A stretch of DNA of 63,818 nucleotides, counting the filler, from Octopus bimaculoides (lineage: Eukaryota), in NCBI RefSeq assembly GCF_001194135.2. It is 5 parts of 4 records of this genome, joined end to end, with 100 filler letters (N's around TTAATTAATTAA, not from the genome) between each part and the next. Parts side by side here need not be neighbours in the genome. Positions count along the whole stretch, not along the records: positions 36,711 to 56,039 come from NC_068984.1; 4 more parts are not named here. One strand, written 5' to 3'. This document shows positions 38,431-51,910 of the stretch, piece after piece (the stretch's first letter is position 1; every line of letters starts with the position of its first letter). Below the pieces are notes generated by a model. That model saw only the letters and a program-made list of their open reading frames with translations, was not told the DNA's origin and searched no databases. The translations under genes were made by a program, and so were the position numbers.

Positions 38431-39027
38431 CGTAAGCGAGAGGGAGAAACGAGGAGAATAATTGGCAGAACTGATTTGGTGTTTACTTATCTGGATAAGG
38501 ATGAAAGATAAAGTTCACATCGATGTAATTTAAATTCAGAATCTAGGAACGTAGATCAAAGATAGTAGCCTGATATTCTAACGACTGCGCCAAATAACCA
38601 CTTCGGGCTGAACTCTATGTCCAAAACTTAATCATCGATAACGGAGTCATCATAGCATTTCTTAGAGAGGTTAGATAAGATCTGAAATAAAAGAGGACCC
38701 TATAAAAGCCTAGGCACACAAAATGCCACCAGATGTCGCAAGCTCTGCTGTATTTACAGAGCAGCATTTCATTGGAAATCTGTTGATGATTCCACAGGTG
38801 TAAGAGATTCGCTATGGTTTCGTGGGTTGCAGTTTTCGGTCACGTCTGCATTACAGACCAAACGTCTGTGTAATCGAACATCACCAGCTATTTTAGTCAA
38901 TATACAGACCTTCACCCGGGAACAAAAAAAAAAAATCGAAATTAACCCGACTAGGGGATGTTAACAAGTGAGTGGAAAACGAATATGAAAAAGAAAATGC
39001 GTGCTGATGACCATGGCGGGGTGGGGA

Positions 39028-39575
39028 AGGGACATTAGGAAAGTTCACAAGATCCGATTTTTCCGTCATAACTTTTGGGAAAATGGATTATATATTGATT
39101 TTGTTTTTTTACAGAATCCTACGTTTTTGGTTATGGAGGATCTGATTCGGAAAACAAAAAATTTTCAAAAATCGGATTTTCAAAATTTCAACATCCCACC
39201 ACGCCCTTCATTTTTCACTTTTACCGGATTTTTTTTTTTTTTTTTTCCCAAATACGTAGCAAAATGCGAAGTTTACGATTCTGAAAATAATTTGTTTGTA
39301 AAATTTCAATTTTTCAACAAGAAAAAAAAAAAAGTAAGAATATGTACCCTTAGGCCTTCAAGCAGGTTATCCACATGCTAGCAATAACAGCCAAATCTCA
39401 CAAAACTGCGATAACATAATGAAATTTTGAAAATGCGATTTTTGAAAAACATTTTTTAGAATCGGATCATCCACAACCAAAAGTGTGAGATGCCGTAAAA
39501 AAAATTCAATATATATCTATTTTACCCCAATTTATGACGGAATATTCAGGTCTTGGGAATTGTCCAAAAGTCCTC
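39028..39575. mobile_element. MITE-like element with about 160-bp imperfect terminal inverted repeats
   Basis: Left arm about 39028-39188 (GGACATTAGGAAAGTTCACAAGATCCGATTTTTCCGTCATAA...TTTTCAAAATTTCA) pairs with right arm about 39415-39575. No ORF. TSD not resolved. Confidence 0.75.
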
Positions 39576-39771
39576 TATCCACCCAGAATTGTCAGCGCAC
39601 ATTCGCTTTCTTATATTCGTTTTCAACACACTTATTAACACCCCCACCCCAGGCTGGTTAATTTTTTTTCTCTTCCCTGGTGAGCATCTTTATATTGACC
39701 GCTATTTTTTGGTTCGGTGAATTAACATATATGTGCATAAACGCTCACATGGTCGCGCATATAGGCATATG

Positions 39772-39802
<31 letters not shown>

Positions 39803-40033
39803 ACACACACACTTTATTTGTTGGTTAAGAAGACTACGATTGGTTTCATGCCGGGAGAAATCACACAACAGTTATAAAGACTGCCACACAAGAACAGAGA
39901 CGAGTACCAACTTTCCCATGTGGCAAGCTTGATAATTGTTGAGAGGATTTCTCTTTCCACATGAAACTATTGGTAGCCTTGTCAACGCACGAATAAAAAA
40001 GAACCAATGCTCATTCTCACTGTTCGATATTAG

Positions 40034-40082
<49 letters not shown>

Positions 40083-41089
40083 ATGGATGGATGGATGGAT
40101 GGATGGAGAAACGTCCTGAGTTACATGCAGGCAAAGGAAACGAAGTCTCACTGAAACACAATTTTAGCATGCGTTACAATCGGTTAAGTAGCATCCCGTT
40201 TCGAATCACATTACATATAAACGATTATGCGTGGTAAATTACGTAATATCTATCGATCTGTATATATGTGTGTGTATATGTGTATCTATGTATGTATGTT
40301 TGTATGCATTTATGTATGTGTTATATGTTTGTACGTGTGTGCGTTAACCAGTTTTAATAGTAAAATGCGTAGGAAGTTCAAATGGACACTTAAGACTTCA
40401 TACAAGTCACCTGAAGTGAATAAATTGATGGAACAGGTCTAAAATAGTTAATATTAATCAATTATCAAAGAAGACCATAGTTTTAATGTGATATTCACAT
40501 AGTTATTTCTGTGTGAATACCTGTGTGCGCATGCGTATCTCTGTGTATGTGTGTGTGAGCGTTTTGCTACCTTTTTAATGAGGTTTCATATTTCCAGGGC
40601 AGCTGAAAGTGTATTTCCGATCTGAAGAACAATATTGATTATTGAAAATCAATTTTCCTTTAATTTAAATATGATATTTAATTTATGACCAATTCCTTTG
40701 TCCAACGTTATTCAGACTCTACTAACATAGTACAGTTATTGTATATTAACATACGCGTTTATATATAAGCGTGTGCAGTTTACGGTCACGCTATATCTAT
40801 AAGCTGCATGTACTGTTTATCGCAGTGAATGCGCGTGGCTAAGTGGTTAGGTTATTTGGTTCAGGATTGAAAGGTCGTGAGTTCGAGGTTTCCGACAGCG
40901 CGATAAATTTGATGTTAAAATATTACATGGATTGTGACTCGTATATACGGGTGTTCCAGTCTGCATGGGCAGCAAACACAACTTTGGCTCAGTAACCAGT
41001 CTAATAGAGGACAAATATCAACAGTTGTATACTTTGAGTATGATATATACATGGCTATTTAAAATAAATACGACAGGAATTGAATATAC

Positions 41090-41136
<47 letters not shown>

Positions 41137-41904
41137 GTGTGTGTGTGTGTGTGAACAAGCACTTAATCAAGAAACTTCATTTCACGTTGTGTTGCTCCAG
41201 TCCACACAGCTCGCAAAACTGAGTTGTACCTGTAAATTGAAAAGGGCCAGCTTTTTCACATTCTGTGTCACGCTGAATACCACTGAGAACTACAAGATGG
41301 GTAGGCGTATATACAGAAAGAGAGATGTATANNNNNNNNNNNNNNNNNNNNNNNNNNNNNNNNNNNNNNNNNNNNNNNNNNNNNNNNNNNNNNNNNNNNN
41401 NNNNNNNNNNNNNNNNNNNNNNNNNNNNNNNNNNNNNNNNNNNNNNNNNNNNNNNNNNNNNNNNNNNNNNNNNNNNNNNNNNNNNNNNNNNNNNNNNNNN
41501 NNNNNNNNNNNNNNNNNNNNNNNNNNNNNNNNNNNNNNNNNNNNNNNNNNNNNNNNNNNNNNNNNNNNNNNNNNNNNNNNNNNNNNNNNNNGGGTGGAGA
41601 ATTATACCAGATATAGTACTATACAGAATACCGAAACGATCTTCACCTCTTACATCACACATTTCCTCTTACTTCAACGTCGAGATGGTATAATTTCCTG
41701 GGAGAGAGATAATTTTGCGGCTGAGGATAGCTTTACATTGTAGATTATACACATATTATATTATGTTATATTATATTATATTATATTATACACATGTAGA
41801 GCTTGAAACACGTGTACCGCGGAATCCTTTGTAGTTTTGTTGTTATTTTTTTGTTTTGGATTTACAATTTATATATATATATATATATATATTCATATTC
41901 ACAT

Positions 41905-42110
41905 AAAAAGGGTCCCATAGCCTTCAAATGGTATCTGGACAAATTTTTTGAAGGAATACTAGATAAGCCACCTATGCCAGGATACAACTTACTCAACAAG
42001 AACTCCCTACTCGAATGGACCATGATACCACAAAACCTTAAAAAGGATGCAGCTATTGCTATCAGGTGGTGCTATTCAGTTAGACATATCCTGGACCAGT
42101 CATTAGTCGC
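41905..42110 (+). mobile_element. CR1/L2-group LINE 3' remnant
   Basis: KKGPIAFKWYLDKFFEGILDKPPMPGYNLLNKNSLLEW resembles the FKxxLDxFLxxxPDxP...NSL RT C-terminal motif. Confidence 0.6.
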
Positions 42111-42968
42111 AACATATCTAAGTTATATGTCTATAGTCCCAATTACTGGTATAATCCATAACGAGCCACTTTTAGGTCACTAGACCATTTAACACCTTAC
42201 TATTATCATACTACCTACATTCCTTCTTATTCTCCCTTCTCATTCTTCTTCTTCTTCTTCTTCTTCTTCTTCTTCTTCTTCTTCTTCTTCTTCTTCTTCT
42301 TCTTCTTCTTCTACTACTACTACTACTACTTCGTCTCCTTCCTCCCCGCTACCTCTTTCCTAACATTACCACTATTGCTGTTTAGAATAACGCCTACGCA
42401 AATTTTATAAACAAAACATTCAAAAGAGATATTTCAGGAATTCAATTACTACTACCACCCACAACGTGTCATATTCAGGACACTTGACCATTTTACATAC
42501 TACAATCATGGCACTCCTGNNNNNNNNNNNNNNNNNNNNNNNNNNNNNNNNNNNNNNNNNNNNNNNNNNNNNNNNNNNNNNNNNNNNNNNNNNNNNNNNN
42601 NNNNNNNNNNNNNNNNNNNNNNNNNNNCTTCTTCTTCTTCTTCTTCTTCTTCTTCTTCTTCTTTTTCTCTACCAAGAATTCACAACGACCTCGAACCCAC
42701 AAGAGTAAACAACAGAGACAGAATCAAGCAGTAACAAGGGAAATTCCCTTTGTATTTGAACACTATGCAAGTATTCTTTTAAGAAACGATTCTTTTAATT
42801 TTCCAAAATTTTATTGTTTTCCATTCTGAGAGTTGAAAACGTCTCAATGACTGAAAACGGTACTGAAATGTTTTTTATAAAATTATTTTAGCATTTTCTA
42901 CCTTGACTTTTTTTCCATACATACATATTTGTGTGTGGTTGTGTGTGCGCGCGCGCGTGTATGTATAC

Positions 42969-43004
<36 letters not shown>

Positions 43005-43494
43005 TTATGTATGCACATATTTACCTGGAGAGCAATATTTGGATACAATTTAAAATAGGTTTCATTAAAGAATGATAAAGGTTTTCTATCCACGACACAC
43101 CATAATAGGTCGACTTGTTAGACTGAGATAGAAAGAAAACAGACAATTAGGTTTGCAACAATAACGAACACGGATAGTATTACGATATGTAGACAGAACA
43201 GAGGAATTTCTATAGATGGTAATTGTAGTTCCTTGTCATGCAGTTATCGACCATTTTCTGTGCTGTTTATGCCGCCAGAAAAGTCAGGGTTTTGTTAAAC
43301 AGTATTCAGGTTGTTAGAAATATATCGATGATATTTTTCTTCTTAATTACGAGTTTTTGAACAATTAATTGGTCGAACGTATTCAAGTTCAAAGGTGGGT
43401 GGTTAGAATGTTGAATTCGGGATCATAAGGTGATGGGATCGATTTCTGTATAGGAACGTGAATGTAATCCTTTAGCAGGTATTGTTTTCTTTCT

Positions 43495-44000
43495 TTTTCT
43501 AGTTTCAGCCCGAGGACTGCGGCCAGATGGCAGCACCACCGTTTGATTTGCAACACTTTCACTAAACCGCTGATGTGTAGCATTTGATGAATGAAGGCGT
43601 TTGAGATTGCTGTCCTCATCTGGGTTTCTTGGCTCGAGGTAGGTTTATCGGGAACTCTTGACAGGAGGAGGTCCAATTTGTTTTTCCAGAGGCTTACATT
43701 CACCCCATGTAGTTTGCGAGAGGGTAGTGAAGAGCTGTGGGCCCTTGAAGCCCAAGCTGTTGCAGTATCTAGTCCTGTATCCTGATGGCAATTCTGGGAT
43801 TGTTGGTACTATGCAGTGGCGCCTAACTCTGTTGCTTGTGTAACTGGAAACCTTTTCAAGAAGCAGGCTGCATAAGACACAGCTCATTATCGGGCAGCCC
43901 ACACAATTATAATAGTTTATTTGACGAGATACCCCTTGTAAAATTACCTGACGAGATGTTTCAGCCCTGCACCACAACCAGTTGTACAGAAAACCACCCA
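43495..44000 (-). mobile_element. CR1/L2-group LINE 3' fragment
   Basis: Minus strand: RHCIVPTIPELPSGYRTRYCNSLGFKGPQLF, frameshift, NVSLWKNKLDLLLSRVPDKPTSSQETQMRTAISN; 3' end GGTGGTGCTGCCATCTGGCC. Confidence 0.7.
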
Positions 44001-44209
44001 TGAGAGATCGATGCAGGATGGATCGAAACGATCATTGTGGTTAATAACGTTTCTCGTATATTTCATTTTCCATTTCAACCGTTTGTGTCATGTATCAGGG
44101 GACAATTATAGGTATCTTGGACACGATGAGAATGTCACATATGATGGACTTTTAAATTAGGAGAGGACCACCTCGCTTCCTTAACCTGATTATCATAATT
44201 ATATTTAAG

Positions 44210-44415
44210 GTGGTAAACTGGCAGAATTGTTAGCACACCTGATTAAATGCATGGCGACTCTTCATCTGTCTTTAAGTTCTGAGTTCAAATCCAGCCGAGA
44301 ACCTTGTCTTTAATGTTTTCATGCTCGATGAAGTAATTACCAGCTATGCACTGGAGTTGATGCAACAGATTAGTCCCTTCTCCAAAATTTCAGGCTTTGT
44401 GCTAGCAATAGAAAT
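44210..44415 (+). mobile_element. SINE family B
   Basis: AAGGTGGTAAACTGGCAGAATTGTTAGCAC...CTGAGTTCAAATCCAGCCG. Confidence 0.75.
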
Positions 44416-44783
44416 AACGGTATAATTCAGTGCAAGCAAGTGTGTGTGTACGTTTGTATGTAGGTATGGATGGATGAAGGGATGGATAGAGACCCCTATT
44501 CCTTCCAATAATTGTTTAATTATGCATGAGGACTTAACTGAAATCTCTTTTAAGAGAATAATTTAGAAGATCGACATTAAATTCTATTTTGATGAACAAA
44601 TAGTAAGTAGCTATCGATATTGTTGTTTAGTGGTGTAAAATAATTTTCGGAAAGATAATGGCGATGAACGGAGACAAGAACACAGACAGGGGAAAAAAGG
44701 TGAAAATGAAAAATGTTAAGTGGATACGGAATAAACAACTATATATACATACCCATCTCTCTAACCTTGCACGTATATACACG

Positions 44784-44826
<43 letters not shown>

Positions 44827-44899
44827 CTCTCTCTCTCACTCTCTCTCCCCATCTGCATATATACATATATATATACATATAATATCCATATATACATAT

Positions 44900-44931
<32 letters not shown>

Positions 44932-46589
44932 GTATGTGTGTATCACATTTATTATTGGAAACCATATTAATAATAAAAAAAAATGATAATTTCTTTTTTT
45001 ATTCGAACAATGATAATTTGTATTTTAACGAAATTCGCAATAAAACTTTCACACAACTACTTCACACTGTCTCTCAGAATATTAGAAAAACATATAAAAT
45101 AGTCTTCCTTTAGTATTTTAATCACCATTATCTAAAGAGTGGTTGGTGCCAGCATATTTTTTTTTGTAGTGTTGCTTCGTAGTAAACACTTATTAAGTTT
45201 GAAATAACTCTCTGATATTGATTTAGAAAAGAGACAACAGCATAGCAGTGTTTCGTTGATACGGGTATATGTAGATAGTCTAGTCTAACCCTAGTCTATT
45301 GGAGCCGATATGTGCCTAAATAGATGCTGCCAACAGAGGTGCCACATCCTACAAATAAAATAGGATTGAAGGTCCACGAAGAAAATGCAAACGTGGAGGA
45401 TGTTGGTACAGTTATTAAATATTATATCTTTATGATACAGAAAAAAAACCGAAGTTCGTAAATATACGCAATGCAATGCTAAACCTAAATTCGTGTTACA
45501 AAATATCGACCAGAAACCCATGTTCTGCAGCCATTCTTTAGCAACTTTGTTGTTGTTGTTGCTGAGGTTCTTGTTGCAGATATGGTGTTGCAGATATGGT
45601 GTTTTTAACTTCAAACAAGATGTAACTATGATCATAGACGTTCCTGCTGTGCCCATCCTGTCTTTTAATATATTCAGACATTGCGGAACACATAGCTAAG
45701 TTATTAGGGACTGCCGTTCATTTTTGAAACAAGGATTAGTTGGCAGGATCTGCGTTGAGGGAGAATTAAATGCATCCTCTATCGGGTCGGTCGACCATAC
45801 ACAGCACCAATAAATAGTTCAGTAGTAACTTTGAATAAGTTGGAACGATTGAGCAAAACTATAATCAGTGGCGTTCCAAGTGTGACCATCCTGTATTACA
45901 ATATTCAGACCACTTTGTAATACATAGCGTTACAGCCATAAGTGCGTCCTCCACATTTAAAAGAACGGTTGGTAGGTAGGTTTTTTCTAGCTGGTCGGGT
46001 AACCACGTACTGACGTAAATTTGTTTGGTGATGACGTCAACTTATGGAATTTTTACCCGCTTCTTTCATGCATTATCATATTTTTTATATTTGTTTGTTT
46101 AAATAGTTTCAACTTAAAATTAAAAGACATCAGGTAATACAAACTAGAACGCTTGCTTATTTATTGTTGACCTGCAAAAAAAAAAGCTGATCATTACAGT
46201 CAGGAATCGATATCGATCGTCTGAAAAAAAAACGTTTATGGCGGTTGGGTTGTTATCAGTCATCAATATATGTGGTCTCCGATCAATATGTTATTTAAAT
46301 GTTACATCAATATTCTATCAGCTAGAACGGGGATTCTTATAAATCAATGCCGTTCTGAATATAGTAGATTACACAGAGATCGAGGAAATTCCGAATTTTC
46401 TAATTGGAATAAAATTGATTTGTCATCAATAGACGTTTGTTGTTTTGTTTTTATAGCGGCAAAGCAACACGTATAAAATCGATTTTATTTGTAGCGATGT
46501 GTAGGTTTGAACCTTGATGTTTAACAACCTCTTACTTCAGGCAACTAACTTAAGGTGCAACACCAGCTGACGTGAGATGGTGATCTGGG

Positions 46590-46775
46590 AGAACAGTTAG
46601 CACTTTGGACAAACCGCTTAGTAGCATTCCTTCTAGATACCGCTACGGTAAACTTTGCCTTTCATCCCTCTCGGGGCCGATAGCATAAATACCAGTTGCA
46701 TACAGAGGTCGATGCAATCGACTAGCTCCTTCCTCCAAAATTTCAGGCCTTGTGCTTATAACAGAAAGTATAAGT
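46590..46775 (+). mobile_element. SINE family B directly abutting element E
   Basis: CTTTGCCTTTCATCCCTCTCGGGGCCGATAG...GCCTTGTGCTTATAACAGAAAG. Confidence 0.75.
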
Positions 46776-46784
46776 ATTATTTTT

Positions 46785-47510
46785 GAGAGAGCAGTGCATC
46801 CCACCAGAGTTACACTGGAGTACACATACATGAAGCCCATTATACCCATCATGACTACCCGTCTGATAAGGGTACACCAGGCACATGCATCACAACCATA
46901 TGTGCGCAACATGGTGATCTCATATCAAGATAAGCAGCACATGACCTCGCAGATGGGGCCCAGTTAGAATTTTCTACAGGTCGAGTGGCCATCCTGCTCA
47001 AAGGGTCCCTGAATAAGAGTTGTTTAAGGATGTTGAACACAATATCCTTGTTTCCAGAGGTGAATTATCCAAACCCCCAAAATTCCGCTCAACACATGTG
47101 TGCGACATGGTGATTTCACATCAAGATAAACGCCGCATGACCTGGGGCCCAGTTAGAATTCTTTTGAGTTCGAGTAGCCCATTCCACTGAAAACGTCCTT
47201 GGATAATGGTTGTTTAAGGATGTTGAACGAAATACCAATGTTGAGGTGAATTATCCAAACCCCAAAGGATTCCTCACGACACATGCCTATGATGCTCCCC
47301 CATTACTTCTACTCATGATCAGAGATGTACATATCGCCAGCCACCAAGGGACATGCTCAACTGGTTAAGGTCAAGCAACTGACAAGCAAATCTGTGGTAC
47401 TGAGCAGAATATTTGCTGTAGTCCATCCTTTATACCAAGACAAAACAATGTACGTGATAACACTTCCAATCAGCAGGCATCAGACCCACTGCCTGGTACT
47501 GCATCAGGGC
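46785..47510 (-). mobile_element. Non-coding element family E, both ends visible, with an internal 190-bp tandem duplication
   Basis: TATTATTTTT GAGAGAGCAGTGCAT...GCCTGGTACTGCATCAGGGC (ATT)n. Segment about 46900-47092 is repeated, diverged, at about 47096-47285. Confidence 0.75.
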
Positions 47511-47551
47511 AATTATTATTATTATTATTATTAGTTATTATCATCACCACC

Positions 47552-47605
<54 letters not shown>

Positions 47606-47647
47606 TTCATCATCATCATCATCATTATTATTATTATTATGATTATG

Positions 47648-47706
<59 letters not shown>

Positions 47707-48187
47707 CATTTTCATTATTATTGGTTTGAAATAAAATATGCTCGCCATAACCAAGTGCCTTTGTGATTTCAGCACAAAATAAGAAAAACAGAATAAATAT
47801 CTTTTTTAAATAAGCACCATTTTAAAACTGCTGATATATAATTTAAAGACGGCATTTTCACAAAATACTCTGGCGTTGCGTAATACAACACGCTAAATAT
47901 GTCACCAAATATTTCTCTGTTAAACTCCATATTAAAACTTTAAACAAATGTTATTGCATTTGAAGGCTATCTTTAATATTTTAGCATAAAATATTTCAAA
48001 ATTCGATGTTCTGAATATAGCCGTTGACTACAAATTTCAGTCCCCGTTTTACTCACTGACAGTCTGTCCATGCGTGTGTGCTGGATTAAAAGTTACCCTA
48101 CATACATACATACATACATACATACATACATACATACATCCGTACATACATCAGTACATACATCCGTACATACATCCGTACATACAT

Positions 48188-48815
48188 ACCGAAGATATCG
48201 CCCACATCATAAGTGGTTGTCCTAAAATGTCATCACGGTATTATCCACCGATCAGACATGATATTGCCGCTAGGGCACTCTATAACGAAATCCATCAGAA
48301 GTATAAGTCCGAGGATAAAGAAATAAGAACCCACAGTATGGTAGAAGCCATAGCCATTCATAATAAAAAGGAGTACTGGTGGAGTGTCCCAATGAAGACC
48401 TCAGTAAAATGTAAGCATAACTGGCCTGATATAATGATCTGCAATAGAGAAGAAAAACTGTGTACAGTTGTGGAAATTAGCTGCCCAGCAGATGGTGACA
48501 TAAAGCTGAAGATCAGTGAGATATAGAATACCTGTCTGCAGTTACTTTATTCATATTACAAGTTCAGATTTATACCTGTAATTATTGGGGCCCTGAGATA
48601 TGTAGCACTCTGCCTAAATAGAATTCTTGAGAAATTAGGCTTCATAAAACCAGAAAGGAGAAAGCTGATTCGAAGATTACAGATCCAATCTATCAGTAGA
48701 ACTGTAAATGTCTGTAAAACTTTCCAGAATCTTATCATTTAAATATATATGAACATGTCTACATATGCAACTATGTGCATAAAAATAAATACAGAAAGCA
48801 AAATGTACAAATCTG
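48188..48815 (+). mobile_element. R4/Dong-like LINE, 5'-truncated (subfamily 3), embedded in (CATA)n
   Basis: EDIAHIISGCPKMSSRYYPPIRHDIAAR (knuckle end plus RHD), KCKHNWPDIMICNREEKLCTVVEISCPAD (RLE PD...E), FIPVIIGALRYV...CKTFQNLII*. The 3' UTR ends AAAATGTACAAATCTG followed by CATA/TA repeats. Confidence 0.88.
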
Positions 48816-50044
48816 CACATATACATATATACGTACGTACGTACATATCTACATACATAAATAGATATACATATGCATATATGTGTATGTGTGTGTGTGT
48901 GTGTGTGTGCGCTTGAGCGCGCGCGCATTCATATACACGCACATCTTACCTAATTACATCTTTCTCCTTCTCCTTCTTTCACTCTCTCTATGTATATTTT
49001 TTATATAAGTGTGTGTATAGATGTGTGTGTGTGTGTGTGTGTCTGTGTGTCTGTGTGCATGCGTGTGTAAATAAAAGGCGAAAGAAACCTCATTTTGCTA
49101 ATTCCACATTTCTACATCTGCCTTTATATTCGGACGAATATCCTTTCTTTGCGTTACATCCGTTAATTTCCCTCTAATATATATTTTCGGTATTGTTATG
49201 TGAGGTAATATAATTCTACTTTCATATATTGCGAATCAAGCTTTTTTTGTTGTTGTTAGGAACGATATTATCCAGCTCATTGATTCACTGTATATTCATT
49301 TATTTGGGAAAAGGGTCAGGAGATCCCCATATATATGGGAGGTCACTCTGACGTTATTAATATTGAGGTACGAAATATTATTTGAAGAGGAAAATGAAAT
49401 TGCTACGTCGTTTTGGATCTTAAGGAAAAGTTTGCGCTTGTGAAGTTGCGAAAATATTAATTCTCTGTTTATATTCAATATTCTAGATTGGTTTATAAGA
49501 TCGAAGGCGATTATTGAATGAAAGAGATGCAGAACGCATATGATTGTTTATAAGTTGTTACTTTCTCCACGGGGCACAGTCCTTGATAATATTTCTGCTT
49601 ATTTGCTTATTCACACAGTATGGAGTAACCGGAAGTATGTTACCATCTACATTATGGTAATATCAAGAAATACGAGGATATCACGTGATCTTCTTAACCA
49701 CACAGCTTACTCTCATACAAAATATTCTGGCTTATTCATGAGCCCCAGGTTTCATATGACTCGAAGTTAATCCAGTTTCCACGGTCTATCGCTGAATGAG
49801 ATCGCATGACTTCCCTTGACAGGAACACCGCAATGTTAACTTCTCTGCTACTGCTGGAACTCATTTACAACTGAATTGGCATGAGTAACCAATAAAAGGA
49901 GATGCTTTACTCAAGAACATAACACACCACCAGGTTTTTAAACGAGTCAAAGTTCTGACGATTGTGAGTGCAACGCCCGAAACACTGAGCTAGGTCCCGC
50001 CACTCTACTGAATGTATGTCTTTATTTATATGGAGGTTATAAGT

Positions 50045-50470
50045 CTGCGAGCTGGCAGGATCATTAGGACAAAGGGCAAACGCTTAGAGGCATCTGGGCC
50101 GTCTTTACACTCTTAGTTCAATTTCTGCCGACGTCGGCTTTGCCTTTCGTTCTTTCGGGGTTAATAAAACAAGTACCAGTTGAACACTGGGGTCTATGTA
50201 ATCGACTTACTCCACAATCCAGAAGCATGCTGGCCTTGTACCAAAAGCTTAAACTCATATTCATAATGGCGATGAGATGACTGAATCCTTAACACGCTGG
50301 AACAAAATGTTTACCAGCTTGTCACCCGTCTTTACGTTCTGAGTTAAAATGCTGCTGAAGTAGATTTTCTTTTTCACTCTTTCGGACTCGATACAATAAG
50401 TACCGGTCAACTACTAGGGTCGCTAGAATTGACTTCTCTCTCTTCTTAAATACAGCTGGCTCTCTGCCAA
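50045..50470 (+). mobile_element. Two tandem SINE family B copies
   Basis: GCGAGCTGGCAGGATC...CTTTGCCTTTCGTTCTTTCGGGG...; second unit TTTACGTTCTGAGTTAAAATGC. Confidence 0.75.
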
Positions 50471-50484
50471 AATTAGTCACTATG

Positions 50485-50526
<42 letters not shown>

Positions 50527-50536
50527 NNNNNNNNNN

Positions 50537-50578
<42 letters not shown>

Positions 50579-50984
50579 TCCAGATATCTCCCAGACAGCA
50601 ATGCTCCCAACTTATGGTAGTGGAATAATATTTAACTGCTATTTCTAAATTTCGGTATATGGTGAATCAATTTTGCTGTAGCCTAATTACAGTTATGTTT
50701 ATGATTATAAAGCTTTTGTATATATATACATTGGGCTGCCTGATAAATTCGTTCGTTTTAATTTTTTTTAAATCCTTTCCAATTTTATATGAATTAACGT
50801 TAAACATGTCGTTATCGCATTTATGTCTTTTTTTTACCATTATTCTTTCTCTGCCACATTTGTTGATCATTTTTGACATTTGAATAAATGTTATTTCTTT
50901 TCAGACGTTATGCTAATGGAGGACTGAACAGAAAAAAAAAGAAAAGAAAGCGAACGAATTTATCTGACGACACACATATAAAAC

Positions 50985-51130
50985 TTATTGTTCAGAATTG
51001 TACAAATACCAACAAAAAAGACAGAGGCAGGTGAAATAACAACAAACTTTATAAGTTTGACGCTCAGGGAAAATTGAAGGAGTCTTCGACGTTTCGAGTC
51101 TACGTTCTTCTACAGAAAGGAATGGGGAGA
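50985..51130 (-). mobile_element. Repeat family G copy
   Basis: Reverse complement CCTTTCTGTAGAAGAACGTAGACTCGAAACGTCGAAGACTCC...GAGCGTCAAAC. Confidence 0.65.
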
Positions 51131-51615
51131 GAAAAGAGATGACGAGAGGGAGGAGGAGAAGAAGAAGAAGAAGAAGAAGAAGAAGAAGAAGAAGAAGAAG
51201 AAGAAGAAGAAGAAGAAGAAGAAGAAGAAGAAGAAGAAGAAGAAGAAGAAGAAGAAGAAGAAGAAGAAGAAGAAGAAGAAGAAGAGAATAAAGCGTGTCT
51301 GGATTAACGGCTGTACATGTTGAATATAAAATATATATTCAAGCTTATTCTAAAAGAAAGATGGTATTGATTATTGATTACAAAGACTTGTTCAAATAGT
51401 AGGAATGATGTATGTTATCTTTTAGCAGATACATTTATATCTCCAGTTTACAACACGATCTAACAGCATGTTGTATAGGACATAGACAATATACACCATG
51501 CTTCAATATATGCGGATATGTCTACACATCACCCAAAAATAATGCTACTTTGTTATAACGCTGTTATATAGCATTAAAGCAAATCCCCAAATAAAGAAGA
51601 AGACATTCACGCACT

Positions 51616-51660
<45 letters not shown>

Positions 51661-51792
51661 GTGTGTGTGTGTGTATGTTCTATGTATGTTTTGTGTGTAT
51701 GTTGTGTGTGTGTGTGCGTGTGAGTCTGTTATTTGTGAGAGCAATGCATTAATGCATATCCCTAAAGTTAAGATTTATCCATATATATATGG

Positions 51793-51830
<38 letters not shown>

Positions 51831-51876
51831 NNNNNNNNNNCATATATGTATATATATACACATATATGTGTGTGTA

Positions 51877-51910
<34 letters not shown>

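Noticed and set aside
45291-45699. 121-aa and 68-aa ORFs in unique sequence
   Set aside because: They contain a frame-breaking 14-bp tandem duplication and low-complexity CAA, with no recognisable motif.
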